Shown: positions 48,312-58,752, counted from the first letter of the stretch. The stretch: 64,000 bases of DNA from Candidatus Krumholzibacteriota bacterium (GCA_963764625.1 CAVXTH010000006.1:256001-320000), one strand, 5' to 3'. The notes: generated by a model not told the origin, from the letters alone. Numbers and translations: made by a program.

Positions 48312-49480
48312 GCACAGCCGAGGATTCGCTGCCGAAGGATCTGCGGGTGGCCTTGGTCCACGATTGGCTCAATGGCTACCGGGGGGGAGAGAAAGTCCTT
48401 CACGCCCTCTGCCGAATCTTTCCTCAGGCCGAACTCTTCACGCTCTTCTACCTCAAAGGCTCGAGTCACCCCGAGATCGAGAACCGGCCCGTTCATACCT
48501 CCTGGATGAACCGGCTTCCCGGCATTCAGAGCAGGTATCGGTACCTACTGCCCGCGTTTCCCACTTGGGTCGATCATCTCGATCTGAGCCGTTTCGATCT
48601 GGTGGTGAGCACCAGCCACTGCGTGGCCAAGGGCGCCAAGGCGGGACCCGACGCGGTTCATGTGTGTTACTGCTTCACCCCAATGCGCTACGTGTGGGAT
48701 CGCTTCGAGGACTACTTCGGCCACACGAAGGGCCTCAAGCGCCGGCTCATCGAATGGCAGTCTGCGAGGCTGCGCGCATGGGACCGGCGCACCGCCTCCC
48801 GGGTGGATCGCTTCCTGGCCGACAGCACCTTCGTGCGGCAGCGCATCCTGCGTTACTACGCCGCCGATCCCCAGCGAGTCGAGGTTCTCTTCCCGCCCGT
48901 GGATCTCGCCGCCTTTCCACCTCCACCCAAAGAGTCCAAACGCGAGGACCGCTACCTCGTGGTCTCGGCTCTGGTTCCGTACAAGAAAATCGATGACGCC
49001 GTCGAGGCCTGCGCCGGCAGCGGACGTCGTCTCACCGTGGCGGGCACCGGACCCGAGCTGTCTCGGCTCGAGGCCCTGGTGAAGCAGCACGGAGCCGGCG
49101 ACCGGATCGAGTTCTTGGGGTACGTGCACGACGAAGACCTTCCCGCCCTGATGGCGAGCCACCGGGCCTTTCTCTTCCCCGGGGTGGAGGACTTCGGAAT
49201 TACACCCTTGGAAGCCGCGGCCTCGGGTCTTCCCGTCCTGGCGCTGGGAGAGGGCGGTGCCCTCGATACCGTGGTCGACGGGGTGACGGGACGTCTGTAC
49301 AAAGAGCCCGGGGTTCGGGGTTTGCTCAACGCGCTCGAGGAATTCGAGACCGAAAACCGCAACTACGACCCACAGGCCATGCGGGCGCACGCCAAGAATT
49401 TCTCTCTGACGAGCTTTCTTCGAGAGTTGGAGCAACGCGTAGCCTTCGCATACCATCAGGGACCCGTGCGAGGGGACTGA
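48308..49480 (+). CDS. GT4 glycosyltransferase
   Basis: VALVHDWL..RGGE, YCFTPMRYVWD, EDFGITPLEA. Confidence 0.93.
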   Translation: MSTAEDSLPKDLRVALVHDWLNGYRGGEKVLHALCRIFPQAELFTLFYLKGSSHPEIENRPVHTSWMNRLPGIQSRYRYLLPAFPTWVDHLDLSRFDLVVSTSHCVAKGAKAGPDAVHVCYCFTPMRYVWDRFEDYFGHTKGLKRRLIEWQSARLRAWDRRTASRVDRFLADSTFVRQRILRYYAADPQRVEVLFPPVDLAAFPPPPKESKREDRYLVVSALVPYKKIDDAVEACAGSGRRLTVAGTGPELSRLEALVKQHGAGDRIEFLGYVHDEDLPALMASHRAFLFPGVEDFGITPLEAAASGLPVLALGEGGALDTVVDGVTGRLYKEPGVRGLLNALEEFETENRNYDPQAMRAHAKNFSLTSFLRELEQRVAFAYHQGPVRGD

Positions 49481-49489
49481 GGTGCCGTC

Positions 49490-50863
49490 ATGGTCAAGAC
49501 GCGAATCGGACGAAGGCGAGACCTACTGAGGCCGACGCTCTTTTTGCTCGGAGATCTCATCGCCTTGGAGGCGGCGTTTCTCTGCAGCTACGCGCTGAGG
49601 TTTCAAAGCGGATGGTTCGCGGTTCCTTTGGGGGTGCCGGCTCTCGGTCCCTACCTCGTGACCAGTCTCGTACTCATGGTCATCTGGGTGGGAATCTTCT
49701 ACTCCGAGGGTCTCTACGATCCCACGCGGAGAACCTGGTTCGAGGAAGATCTGGCCGCTCTGGGACGCGGCGTCGTGGTGGGGAGCCTGGTGGTCCTGGC
49801 GCTGGCGTTCTTCGTGCGCGAGATGAGTTACTCCCGGACCTTCTTCGGGCTCTTCTTCTGGATGAGTCTTTTCTTTCTCATCCTCGAGCGACTTTTCATT
49901 CGCGTGATTCTGCGGCGCCTGTACCGCCGGGGCGTGGGAGCATTGAGCGTGCTTCTGGTGGGCAACACCAGCATGGCCAAGCGGATCGCGGAAACCTACG
50001 AGCGCCTTCCCGGTCTGGGCTTCAAGGTGGTGGGCCAGACCAGCCAGCTCGATCCGGACGCGGTGGAAGCCAAGATGATCGAGCTCGGGGCGGACACGGT
50101 GGTGCTGGCGCTCTCCTTCGAGGATCTTCGCACGGCGGCGGACATCGCCGAGCGTCTGGGTGGCCATCACGTCGACGTGTTCTTCGTTCCGGACATGGAT
50201 CGCCTTCGCGTGAGCCGCATGCGCCTCAGCGAGATCGCGGGCATTCCCTTCATCAGTTTGCGCGGGTGCGGGCTGTCGGGGATGGACCGGATCATCAAGC
50301 GCACATTCGACATCGTGTCGTCGGCGCTGGCTCTGCTGCTGCTCTCTCCGCTCTTGCTCCTGCTCGCGATTCTGGTGAAATCGAATTCACCGGGTCCCGT
50401 GTTGTATCGGCAGGAGCGGCTGGGCCGCGAAAATCGACCGTTCTCGATGCTCAAGTTTCGCACCATGCGGCGCGACGCGGAGACACAGTCGGGTCCGGTG
50501 TGGACGGTGGAGAACGATCCGCGGCGCACGTGGGTCGGGAGCGTGTTGCGGCGATTCAGTCTCGACGAGTTGCCGCAGCTGTGGAATGTTCTCAAGGGAG
50601 ACATGAGCATGGTGGGTCCGCGCCCGGAGAGGACCCACTTCGCGGAGGAATTCGATCGGAGGGTCCCCCGTTATCTCGAACGGCATCGAGTGCGGAGCGG
50701 ACTCACGGGCTGGGCACAGGTGAACGGTTTGAGGGGCAATACACCCATCGAGGACCGGACGCTCTACGATTTGCACTACGTGGAGAATTGGTCGCTGGGC
50801 TTCGACCTCCGCGTCCTTCTGCGCACTGTGAAGAGCGTGATCAAAGGCGACAACGCCTACTAG
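49490..50863 (+). CDS. Undecaprenyl-phosphate hexose-1-phosphate transferase (WcaJ/WbaP type)
   Basis: KRTFD, KFRTM, SLDELPQLWNVLKGDMSMVGPRPER, GLTGWAQVNG, YVENWS. Confidence 0.93.
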   Translation: MVKTRIGRRRDLLRPTLFLLGDLIALEAAFLCSYALRFQSGWFAVPLGVPALGPYLVTSLVLMVIWVGIFYSEGLYDPTRRTWFEEDLAALGRGVVVGSLVVLALAFFVREMSYSRTFFGLFFWMSLFFLILERLFIRVILRRLYRRGVGALSVLLVGNTSMAKRIAETYERLPGLGFKVVGQTSQLDPDAVEAKMIELGADTVVLALSFEDLRTAADIAERLGGHHVDVFFVPDMDRLRVSRMRLSEIAGIPFISLRGCGLSGMDRIIKRTFDIVSSALALLLLSPLLLLLAILVKSNSPGPVLYRQERLGRENRPFSMLKFRTMRRDAETQSGPVWTVENDPRRTWVGSVLRRFSLDELPQLWNVLKGDMSMVGPRPERTHFAEEFDRRVPRYLERHRVRSGLTGWAQVNGLRGNTPIEDRTLYDLHYVENWSLGFDLRVLLRTVKSVIKGDNAY

Positions 50864-50882
50864 GCCGAAGGGATAGTCGACG

Positions 50883-51764
50883 ATGGACCTGGCGAAACTC
50901 CTTCGTAGTATGCGCCCCCACCAGTGGATCAAGAATCTGGTGCTGTTCGCCGCGCTCATCTTCGCCCAGCTCTTGGGCGAGACACCTCTGTTGCTCAAGA
51001 CCGCCGCCGGCTTCGTGGTGTTCTGCCTTCTGTCCTCCACCGTGTACCTGTTCAACGACCTCAAGGACCGGGAGAGCGACGCCCAGCACCCCACGAAACG
51101 ACTGCGACCCCTCGTCTCAGGGGAGATCTCTGCGCAAACCGTCGTGATCGCGCTATGTGTGTTTCTGGTGGTCGGACTGTTGGCCTCGTGGTGGATCGGC
51201 CGCGGGTTCTTTTCCGTCGCGGTGGCCTATCTGTTGCTCAACCTCATCTATGGCCTGTCGTTTCGAAACATCGTCATTCTGGATCTGATCACCATTGCGG
51301 TGGGCTTCGTGTTGCGGGCGATCGCCGGCGCCGAGTTGCTCAGAGACGCGGGACACCCGGTGGCGATCTCGCCCTGGCTCTTGATGTGCACCTTCTTGCT
51401 CTCCCTCTTCTTGGGTTTGGGGAAGCGCTACCACGAGCTCCACGTCGCCGGAGGGGGGCACCGCTCGACCCTGCACGGGTACACCGAGGCATTTCTCAGC
51501 CGCCTTCTCACCATGACCGCGGCGACCACCCTCCTGAGCTACGGGCTCTACACCATCTGGCCGGACACGGTCGAGCGCTTCGGCACCACCCACCTGCTCT
51601 ACACCATCCCCTTTGTCTTCTACGGCCTGAGCCGTTATCTCTATCTGGTGACCGAGGAGGCGGAGGGGGGAGATCCTTCCGAGACCCTCGTGTCCCGCAG
51701 ATCCATCGTTTTGACGGTCGCGCTCTGGTTCGCGGCGGTGCTTTTGATCGTCTATCGGCGCTGA
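50883..51764 (+). CDS. UbiA-family polyprenyl-phosphate phosphoribosyltransferase (DPPR synthase-like)
   Basis: RPHQWIKN, YLFNDLKDRESDxxHPTKRxRP, GFVLRAIAG, KRYHEL. Confidence 0.88.
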   Translation: MDLAKLLRSMRPHQWIKNLVLFAALIFAQLLGETPLLLKTAAGFVVFCLLSSTVYLFNDLKDRESDAQHPTKRLRPLVSGEISAQTVVIALCVFLVVGLLASWWIGRGFFSVAVAYLLLNLIYGLSFRNIVILDLITIAVGFVLRAIAGAELLRDAGHPVAISPWLLMCTFLLSLFLGLGKRYHELHVAGGGHRSTLHGYTEAFLSRLLTMTAATTLLSYGLYTIWPDTVERFGTTHLLYTIPFVFYGLSRYLYLVTEEAEGGDPSETLVSRRSIVLTVALWFAAVLLIVYRR

Positions 51765-51800
51765 CGGACCCGGCGGCTCACATCCGAGGAGTTCTCGCTC

Positions 51801-52862
51801 ATGGCGTGCAGCAAGGTGGCGGTGGTTTCGGCGACGCCCGAGACCATCCTGGAGGATTACTCGCGGGTTCTGACTCTGGCCGGGCTGGCGGAGCTCGCAT
51901 CCCCTTCGCAACGCCTGGCCATCCTGCTCGACCTGGTCTGGAATCGCTACCAGCCCGCGGCCGGCCCCGCCCCCTGGCAACTGGAGGGAGTCCTGCGGGC
52001 CCTGCGCAAGCTCCACTTGGAGCCCTCGGAGTTCGTCGTCGCGGCGCGGCGAACCCCGGAGGTCTCTCCGCGCCGGGCCGCCGATCGATACCTTCTGAGC
52101 CGGATCCTGAAGAGCCACGAACTGAGGTTGGAGAGTCTACCCGGCGAGACCTGGCCGTACCAGGCGCCGAAGCGGCGTGCGACGCTCGAATCGCCGCTCG
52201 AGGGAACGATCGCGGCGCCTATCATCACCAAAGACCGCAACCTACTCTATCTCAGCAGTCTGAAGACGCACGCGACGCTAGCGCTGTCCAGCGCGGTATC
52301 GGCGGTGGCCTCGGAATTTCTCGATCGGGACGAACTCAGCGAGCATCCTCGAGCGGCCGAGACCCTGGCCGACTCGCTGCAGACGGCGCGCGAACTCCAT
52401 CCCCGTCTCTTCACCGTGATCGATGCCACCGTCTGTGGCCTGGGCCCGGGCCCGCGAAGACTTCGGCCCAGCGTGCAAAACCTCCTCATCGCCTCTTCGG
52501 ACCCGGTCGCGGCCGATGCGGTGGGCGCGCGGATCCTGGGGCTGGATCCACTTCGGGTTCCCTTTCTGGCGGAATGCGCTCGACAGAACCTGGGTGCGAT
52601 TGCGGCCAACGACATCCAGATCGTGGGGGAGAGCTCGCCCGCTCTCGACCAGACCGTGGAGTCCCCCCGGCACCCGGGACTGCCGGAGAGAGTCTTCCGC
52701 TTGACCGGAGGAACCCGGCTGCGGGGGTCGCGGCGCATCGTTCGCAAGGCGGTGCGCGATTTTCTGTGGTATCCCTCGGTGGGAAGGCGCTGGCGGAAGC
52801 TCTGGCGGCGGACGCCCTGGGGTCAGCTCTTCGACGAGTACGCGCAGAGCGGAGGCCGCTGA
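51801..52862 (+). CDS. DUF362-like protein (divergent)
   Basis: PWQLEGV, LKTH, VIDAT..G.GPGP, LIASSDPVAADAV. Confidence 0.75.
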   Translation: MACSKVAVVSATPETILEDYSRVLTLAGLAELASPSQRLAILLDLVWNRYQPAAGPAPWQLEGVLRALRKLHLEPSEFVVAARRTPEVSPRRAADRYLLSRILKSHELRLESLPGETWPYQAPKRRATLESPLEGTIAAPIITKDRNLLYLSSLKTHATLALSSAVSAVASEFLDRDELSEHPRAAETLADSLQTARELHPRLFTVIDATVCGLGPGPRRLRPSVQNLLIASSDPVAADAVGARILGLDPLRVPFLAECARQNLGAIAANDIQIVGESSPALDQTVESPRHPGLPERVFRLTGGTRLRGSRRIVRKAVRDFLWYPSVGRRWRKLWRRTPWGQLFDEYAQSGGR

Positions 52863-53743
52863 TGAATCTTCGGGCCAAGGCCCATGCGAAGGTGAATCTG
52901 CATCTGGAGGTTCTGACGAAACGGGAAGATGGCTACCACGAAGTGGAAACCCTGCTACAGAGCCTCGAGCTGCACGATACTCTTCACTTTCGCCGCACCA
53001 AGGGTCCCATCCACGTTATCTGTGAACATCCTTCCGTTCCGCAGGATCGTCGCAACCTCTGTCACTTCGCGGCCCGGCTCCTTCGAAGCCACCTGAAGAA
53101 CTCGGAGGGCGTCGAGATCCGCATCGAAAAGCGAATCCCGGTGGCGGGGGGCCTGGGAGGGGGATCCTCGGACGCGGCCGCGACCCTCTTGGCCTTGCCG
53201 CGCCTGTGGGAGCGCGAAGTCGGAATGGAAGGACTGGAGCAGTTGGCGCGGCGCATTGGGGCGGACGTCCCCTTCTTCCTGCGCGGGGGGACCCAATTGG
53301 CGCGCGGAATTGGAGACGAACTGACCCCCTTGCACTCCTCGGGCAACGGGGTCTATTTCTTGATTACCCCACCCCTGGAACTGTCCACCGCGAGCATTTA
53401 CGAGGGTCTCAGAATGGGGTTGACCCATCATGGGCCCAAAGTTAACCTGCAAAATTATAAGAGCTTGCTGTCGCGATTTCCCGACCGCACCTGGCCTGGG
53501 TTCAACCGTCTGGCCGATGTGGTTCTGCCGGCATACCCAGCTCTGCATCGTTTGTATCTGAGTCTCCAAGACACAGATCCAAAGCTGGCGATGATGAGCG
53601 GTAGCGGGCCCAGTCTCTTCGCGGTCTACTCGACGCGCGAAGAAGCGGAGAGCGCTAAGCGGGAACTTGGCGAACTCGAAGGGTTCGACTGGATTGGAAA
53701 GTCCAGTCCGGTTGGAGTCGAACTCATCAAGGATGGGAACTAG
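52862..53743 (+). CDS. ispE: 4-diphosphocytidyl-2-C-methyl-D-erythritol kinase
   Basis: AKVNLHL, DGYHE, KRIPVAGGLGGGSSDAA, GADVPFF, MSGSG. Confidence 0.96.
   Translation: MNLRAKAHAKVNLHLEVLTKREDGYHEVETLLQSLELHDTLHFRRTKGPIHVICEHPSVPQDRRNLCHFAARLLRSHLKNSEGVEIRIEKRIPVAGGLGGGSSDAAATLLALPRLWEREVGMEGLEQLARRIGADVPFFLRGGTQLARGIGDELTPLHSSGNGVYFLITPPLELSTASIYEGLRMGLTHHGPKVNLQNYKSLLSRFPDRTWPGFNRLADVVLPAYPALHRLYLSLQDTDPKLAMMSGSGPSLFAVYSTREEAESAKRELGELEGFDWIGKSSPVGVELIKDGN
53696..53737 (+). repeat. Copy 2 of the 42-nt dispersed direct repeat (inside ispE 3' end)
   Basis: 39/42 identity with 6792-6833. Confidence 0.9.
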
Positions 53744-53796
53744 ACCACCCACGTTTCAGTTTTGTCCCAGACACCCCTGCTGACGGTGGTACGGCT

Positions 53797-54120
53797 TTGG
53801 AGATCACTGAAATCAGAATCACGCTGCGTGACGACGACAAGCTGAGGGCTTTCGCAAGCATCACTCTCGAAGATTCCCTCGTGATCCGGGGTCTCAAAGT
53901 CATCGAGGGCGCTAACGGTATGTTCGTGGCCATGCCCAGCCGGCAACGAAAAGACGGGTCCTACCAGGACGTCGCTCACCCGATCAATCGCGAAACGCGC
54001 GAGTGGTTGGAGAACATGGTCATTGGCGCTTACCAGGAGGAACTCGCCAGACTCGAACACGCGGAGCCCAGCTCCCAGTTGGGCACTGGCGAGGGCATCG
54101 CCGCCGAAGACGCCTACTAG
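53797..54120 (+). CDS. spoVG: SpoVG family nucleic-acid-binding regulator
   Basis: EITEIRI, AFASIT, KVIEG, FVAMPSR, DVAHPIN. Confidence 0.93.
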   Translation: MEITEIRITLRDDDKLRAFASITLEDSLVIRGLKVIEGANGMFVAMPSRQRKDGSYQDVAHPINRETREWLENMVIGAYQEELARLEHAEPSSQLGTGEGIAAEDAY

Positions 54121-54144
54121 GTCTCCTGGGAGGTAACGGGGTAC

Positions 54145-55083
54145 ATGGGCCGCAGATTGCGAGTGATCTCCGGGCGAGGCGACGTCGTCCTCGCGGAAAA
54201 GATCTGTCAGTATCTGGACGTTTCTCTCACCGAGGTCATCATCGTCGACTTCAGCGACGGCGAGATCTCGGTCAAGATCCAGGAGAACGTCCGCGGGACC
54301 GACGTCTTTCTGATCCAACCCACCAATCCCCCCGCCGGAAACCTGGTGGAGCTCTTGCTCCTGCTCGACGCGGTGCGCCGCTCCTCGGCCCAGAGAATCA
54401 CGGCGGTCATTCCCTACTTCGGCTACGCGAGACAGGACCGCAAGGACCAACCCCGCGTTCCCATCGCGGCCAAGCTGATGGCGAATCTCATCACGGAGGC
54501 GGGCGCCCAGCGCGTCCTCACCATGGATCTGCACGCGCCGCAGATTCAGGGCTTCTTCGACATCCCCCTCGACCATCTCTACGCCGCACCGGTTCTCTTG
54601 GACTATTTCCAGAGTCGGGTGGGAGAGGAAAACCTCGTCGTGGTGGCGCCGGACGTGGGAAGCATCAAGATGGCGCGCGCCTTCGCCAAGCGGCTCGGCG
54701 CCCCTCTGGCCATCATCGACAAGCGCCGGCCGCGTCCGAACGAAGCCGAAGTCATGAACTTCATCGGCGACGTACGCGGAAAGAACGTGGTGCTCTTCGA
54801 TGACATGATCGATACAGCGGGGACCATGAGCGACGCGATCCGGGAGTTGCAAAAGCAGGGAGCGATGAGCATCGACATCTGCGCCACCCACGCGCTGTTC
54901 TCCGGGCCCGCACTGAAGCGGCTCAACGATGCGCCAGTGCGCGAGGTGGTGGTCACGAACACCATCGCCTTCCACCGTCAGTCCGAGTGCCCCAAGGTGC
55001 AGGTCCTGGACATCTCTCCGCTTTTGGCCGAGGCGATCAAGCGTATCCACCTCGAGCAGACGGTCTCGAGCCTCTTCGTCTAG
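54145..55083 (+). CDS. prs: Ribose-phosphate pyrophosphokinase
   Basis: FSDGE, PYFGYARQDRK, DLHAPQIQGFF, DDMIDTAGT. Confidence 0.98.
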   Translation: MGRRLRVISGRGDVVLAEKICQYLDVSLTEVIIVDFSDGEISVKIQENVRGTDVFLIQPTNPPAGNLVELLLLLDAVRRSSAQRITAVIPYFGYARQDRKDQPRVPIAAKLMANLITEAGAQRVLTMDLHAPQIQGFFDIPLDHLYAAPVLLDYFQSRVGEENLVVVAPDVGSIKMARAFAKRLGAPLAIIDKRRPRPNEAEVMNFIGDVRGKNVVLFDDMIDTAGTMSDAIRELQKQGAMSIDICATHALFSGPALKRLNDAPVREVVVTNTIAFHRQSECPKVQVLDISPLLAEAIKRIHLEQTVSSLFV

Positions 55084-55342
55084 CGAATAAAAAGGGCAAA
55101 TTCGCCCCGTCGGGGATCGAGGACCCGTCTCACTTCCCTCTACCCAAATCAGCCGCTTCTGACTATACTCTTTTGCCTTGCCGCCCCTGGGGCCGCGAGA
55201 CGACACACCCGGCCGCCCCGAGCCGGGGACCCACCGACACCGCCTGGGGCGTCGGTTTCCGATCGGTACCATGATTCCAGCTCGCAGGAGCGCGGAATCC
55301 GCGTGGGTGGCGTCCCACGCGACCTTGAGGAGGATTCAATTC

Positions 55343-56032
55343 ATGTCCACGACCATCGAACTGAGCGTAAAGGCCCGCCGGGAGACCGGGAAGGGTGTCG
55401 CGCGCAAGCTGCGCGCGCAGGCTCAGATTCCCGCGGTGCTCTACGGCCTGGGAGCGGAATCCCGCTCCCTGACTCTCGATGCCGCCCAATTCCGTCACGC
55501 GATCTCTTCCACTTACGGTCGCCGGGTGCTCCTCCGCCTCAAATTCGAGGGCGAAAAGGAAGTCACGCACGCGATCGTCAAGGACATCCAGAAGCATCCA
55601 CTGAGCCGCAATTTTCTTCATGCCGATCTGCTCGCGGTCCAAATGGACCGGCCGATCGTGGTGCGGGTCCCGCTGCGGCAAAAAGAGGGAATTCCCTACG
55701 GCGTGAAGAACGAGAACGGCGTTCTGGAGTGGATGCTCAGGGATGTCTTGCTTCGTGTTCTCCCCGAAAAGATTCCGGCCGCGGTCGAGGTCGACGTCGT
55801 TCCTCTAAAGCTCGGACAACGGATCACCGCGCAAGAGGCGGTGGGCGGCGAGTTCGAGCTCGAGACGCCAGGCGATACGGCCTTGTGCCACGTCGTCGCG
55901 ACCAGAATGAGCGTGGAGGTCGCCACGGTCGCGGGTGAAGAGGGCGAAGAAGGCGCCGAAGGCGAAGCCGCCGTCGAAGGTGAAGAGGGCGAGGCGAAGG
56001 CCGCCGAGGATGATAAGAAGTCGCAGGATTGA
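55343..56032 (+). CDS. rplY: 50S ribosomal protein L25/Ctc
   Basis: GKGVARKLR..IPAVLYG, Q.HP....HAD, acidic tail; GAGGAGG RBS. Confidence 0.93.
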   Translation: MSTTIELSVKARRETGKGVARKLRAQAQIPAVLYGLGAESRSLTLDAAQFRHAISSTYGRRVLLRLKFEGEKEVTHAIVKDIQKHPLSRNFLHADLLAVQMDRPIVVRVPLRQKEGIPYGVKNENGVLEWMLRDVLLRVLPEKIPAAVEVDVVPLKLGQRITAQEAVGGEFELETPGDTALCHVVATRMSVEVATVAGEEGEEGAEGEAAVEGEEGEAKAAEDDKKSQD

Positions 56033-56034
56033 GC

Positions 56035-56619
56035 GTGACGGAATCGGAGAAAGTCGGAGAGTGGTTGTTCTTCGGCTTGGGGAACCCCGGTGGCCGCTAC
56101 GAGCGAACCCGACACAATCTCGGCTGGCTCTTGGCGGACCATTTGGCCCAACGGCATGGGATTAGGTTTTCAGCGGGAAGGGGCGAGTACTTTCACGCCA
56201 AGTATCCGCTCGAAGGCTGCCCGATTCGTCTCATCAAGCCCACCACCTTCATGAATCTCAGCGGCCGGGCGGTGCGCCAGTATCTGGCCATCGAAAGGCC
56301 ACTGGATTTCGAACTGATGGTTGCGGTCGACGACGTAAATCTTCCTTTGGGCCGCCTGAGGATGCGGCCGTCGGGGACTGCGGGAGGACACAACGGATTG
56401 AAGTCGGTGATCGAGAGATTGGGGCGCGAAGACTTCCCCCGGCTCAGGATGGGCGTGGGGCCCGGGCCCAGCGGGGAAGATCTCGCGGAGTATGTCTTGG
56501 AGGATTTCGAGAAAGAGGAGTGGGAAGCCGTCGACACGCTGCTCGAGCGAGCGGCGGATGGCTTCGAGCATTGGGTCCTTCACGGTCCCAAGTCGACCAT
56601 GGGTCGCTTCAACGGTTGA
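56035..56619 (+). CDS. pth: Peptidyl-tRNA hydrolase
   Basis: GLGNPG, TRHNLG, KPTTFMNLSG, GGHNGLKS. Confidence 0.96.
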   Translation: MTESEKVGEWLFFGLGNPGGRYERTRHNLGWLLADHLAQRHGIRFSAGRGEYFHAKYPLEGCPIRLIKPTTFMNLSGRAVRQYLAIERPLDFELMVAVDDVNLPLGRLRMRPSGTAGGHNGLKSVIERLGREDFPRLRMGVGPGPSGEDLAEYVLEDFEKEEWEAVDTLLERAADGFEHWVLHGPKSTMGRFNG

Positions 56620-56697
56620 GTTCGTCGACCGTGGGGTGAAAACGGCGGTTCCCGTTCCCGATGGGAGCTGTTTCAACGGATGGAGGATGAGTAGTTC

Positions 56698-58743
56698 ATG
56701 AACATGACGCTCGTAGCCGCGGCGCTCGCGGCCGTCGCGGCGCTGATCTTCGCCCTCATCAAGTACGGGGCGATCATGCGACGGGATGCCGGTACCGAAC
56801 GGATGCAGGAGATCTCGCGGCAGGTCCAAGAGGGGGCGGCTTCGTTTCTCAAAGCCGAATACCGCTGGCTCGTGGTCTTTGTCGTGATCGTCTTCGGCGC
56901 CATCTTCTTCTCGTCCTCGGAAAACGGCCTCGGCCCCAGGACCGCGATCGCTTTTCTCTCCGGCGCGTTCGCTTCGGCCCTGGCCGGGTACTTCGGCATG
57001 CACACCGCTACCCGCGCCGCCGTCCGCACCACGCAGGCCGCGCGCGATAGCCTGACTTCGGCTCTGGGCATCAGTTTCTCTTCGGGAGTGGTGATGGGGA
57101 TGAGCGTGGTCGGCCTGGCCGTCCTGGGGCTGAGCATCTTCACGCTCGTGTTTTCCCATAACGGGATCTTCGATTCGAAAGTGCTCGAAAACGTCCTGGG
57201 CTTCAGCTTCGGCGCTTCCTCCATCGCACTCTTCGCCCGCGTGGGTGGAGGGATTTTCACCAAGGCAGCCGACGTGGGCGCCGATTTGGTGGGGAAGATC
57301 GAGGCCGGGATTCCCGAGGACGATCCCCGCAACCCGGGGACGATCGCGGACAATGTGGGAGACAACGTCGGCGACGTCGCCGGAATGGGCGCGGACCTCT
57401 TCGAGTCGTTCGTGGGTTCGATCGTCGCCGCGATGACTCTGGGTGCACTCCTGTTCTCGGCGAATACCGCCATGGTGCTCTTGCCTTTGATTACCGCCGC
57501 AGTGGGAATCGGCGCCTCCATCGTGGGCACTTTCTTCGTCTCCACGAAGGACGAGAAGGGCCTGCATGGAGCGCTCTTCCGTGGATTGGTGGTCGCGACG
57601 ATCATCGTCATCGTGGCCGAGTGGTTCGTCATCAAGCGCTTGGCTCTTCCGGCGGATATCGTGGCATGGAAGCTTTGGGGCGCCATCGTGGCCGGTCTCG
57701 TCGTGGGCGTGGCCATCGGCAAGATCACCGAATACTACACCAGCACCGAGAGCAATCCGGCGCGCAAGATCGCCCAGCAGAGTCAAACGGGGGCGGCCAC
57801 CAACATCATCGCCGGTCTCGCGGTCGGCATGGAGTCGGTGGCTCTGCCAGTGGCATTCATCTGCGTGGGTATCTACGTCTCCTATCTGTTCGCCGGCGTC
57901 TACGGAGTTGCCCTGGCGGCGGTCGGGATGCTCTCGACCCTGGGAATCTCCCTGGGCATCGATGCCTACGGTCCGGTTGCCGACAATGCGGGCGGACTGG
58001 CCGAGATGGCCGAGTTGCCCGAAGAGATTCGCAAGCGAACCGATGCTCTTGACGCGGTGGGGAACACCACCGCCGCGATCGGAAAGGGCTTCGCGATCGG
58101 CTCGGCCGCTCTGACCGCGCTGGCTCTGTTCAACGCGTTCTGCACCCGCGCGGGCGGACTCCAGGGTTTGCCCGCGGGGAGGGCCCAGGTGCTGGACATC
58201 AACAGCACCGATGTCATCGTGGGGCTTCTCATCGGCGGCTTCCTGCCGTTCCTTTTCAGCGCATTGACGATGCGAGCGGTGGGACAGGCCGCGAACAAGA
58301 TGGTGGAGGAAATCCGCCGTCAGTTCCGCGAGATTCCCGGGATCATGGAGGGAACCGGCAAGCCCGATGCCGCGCGCTGCATCGCCATCTCGACCGCGGG
58401 ATCGCTGCGACAGATGGTTGTGCCCGGCCTCATGGCCATCGCGGCCCCGTTGCTGGTGGGCTTCTGGAGCATCGAGGCTCTGGGAGGACTCTTGGCCGGA
58501 GCGCTGGTCAGCGGCGTGATGATGGCCATCTTCATGGCCAATGCCGGAGGCGCCTGGGACAACGCGAAGAAATACATCGAGAGCGGAGCCTACGGAGGCA
58601 AGGGTTCCGAGGCGCATCGCGCCGCGGTGGTGGGGGACACGGTGGGAGATCCCTTCAAGGACACTTCCGGTCCCTCGCTGAACATTCTCATCAAGCTGAT
58701 GACCGTGGTGGCGCTGGTCTTCTTGCCCTGGTTCATCGGCTAG
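56698..58743 (+). CDS. hppA: Membrane-integral pyrophosphatase, K+-dependent, probably Na+-translocating
   Basis: [46 protein letters not shown]. Confidence 0.95.
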   Translation: MNMTLVAAALAAVAALIFALIKYGAIMRRDAGTERMQEISRQVQEGAASFLKAEYRWLVVFVVIVFGAIFFSSSENGLGPRTAIAFLSGAFASALAGYFGMHTATRAAVRTTQAARDSLTSALGISFSSGVVMGMSVVGLAVLGLSIFTLVFSHNGIFDSKVLENVLGFSFGASSIALFARVGGGIFTKAADVGADLVGKIEAGIPEDDPRNPGTIADNVGDNVGDVAGMGADLFESFVGSIVAAMTLGALLFSANTAMVLLPLITAAVGIGASIVGTFFVSTKDEKGLHGALFRGLVVATIIVIVAEWFVIKRLALPADIVAWKLWGAIVAGLVVGVAIGKITEYYTSTESNPARKIAQQSQTGAATNIIAGLAVGMESVALPVAFICVGIYVSYLFAGVYGVALAAVGMLSTLGISLGIDAYGPVADNAGGLAEMAELPEEIRKRTDALDAVGNTTAAIGKGFAIGSAALTALALFNAFCTRAGGLQGLPAGRAQVLDINSTDVIVGLLIGGFLPFLFSALTMRAVGQAANKMVEEIRRQFREIPGIMEGTGKPDAARCIAISTAGSLRQMVVPGLMAIAAPLLVGFWSIEALGGLLAGALVSGVMMAIFMANAGGAWDNAKKYIESGAYGGKGSEAHRAAVVGDTVGDPFKDTSGPSLNILIKLMTVVALVFLPWFIG

Positions 58744-58752
58744 TCAAGGATC

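Noticed and set aside
50924-53743. 939-aa ORF suggesting a giant IspE fusion
   Set aside because: Upstream part is an alternate-frame shadow of the UbiA and DUF362 genes; IspE starts at ATG 52862.
55245-55321. TGGGGCGTCG resembling the 5' end of tRNA-Gln often found near ispE-prs
   Set aside because: No T-loop, anticodon arm or matching acceptor strand.
56170-58617. 815-aa antisense ORF and many similar long reverse ORFs (e.g. 53740-55272, 59804-61282)
   Set aside because: Antisense shadows of high-GC genes with no recognisable motifs.
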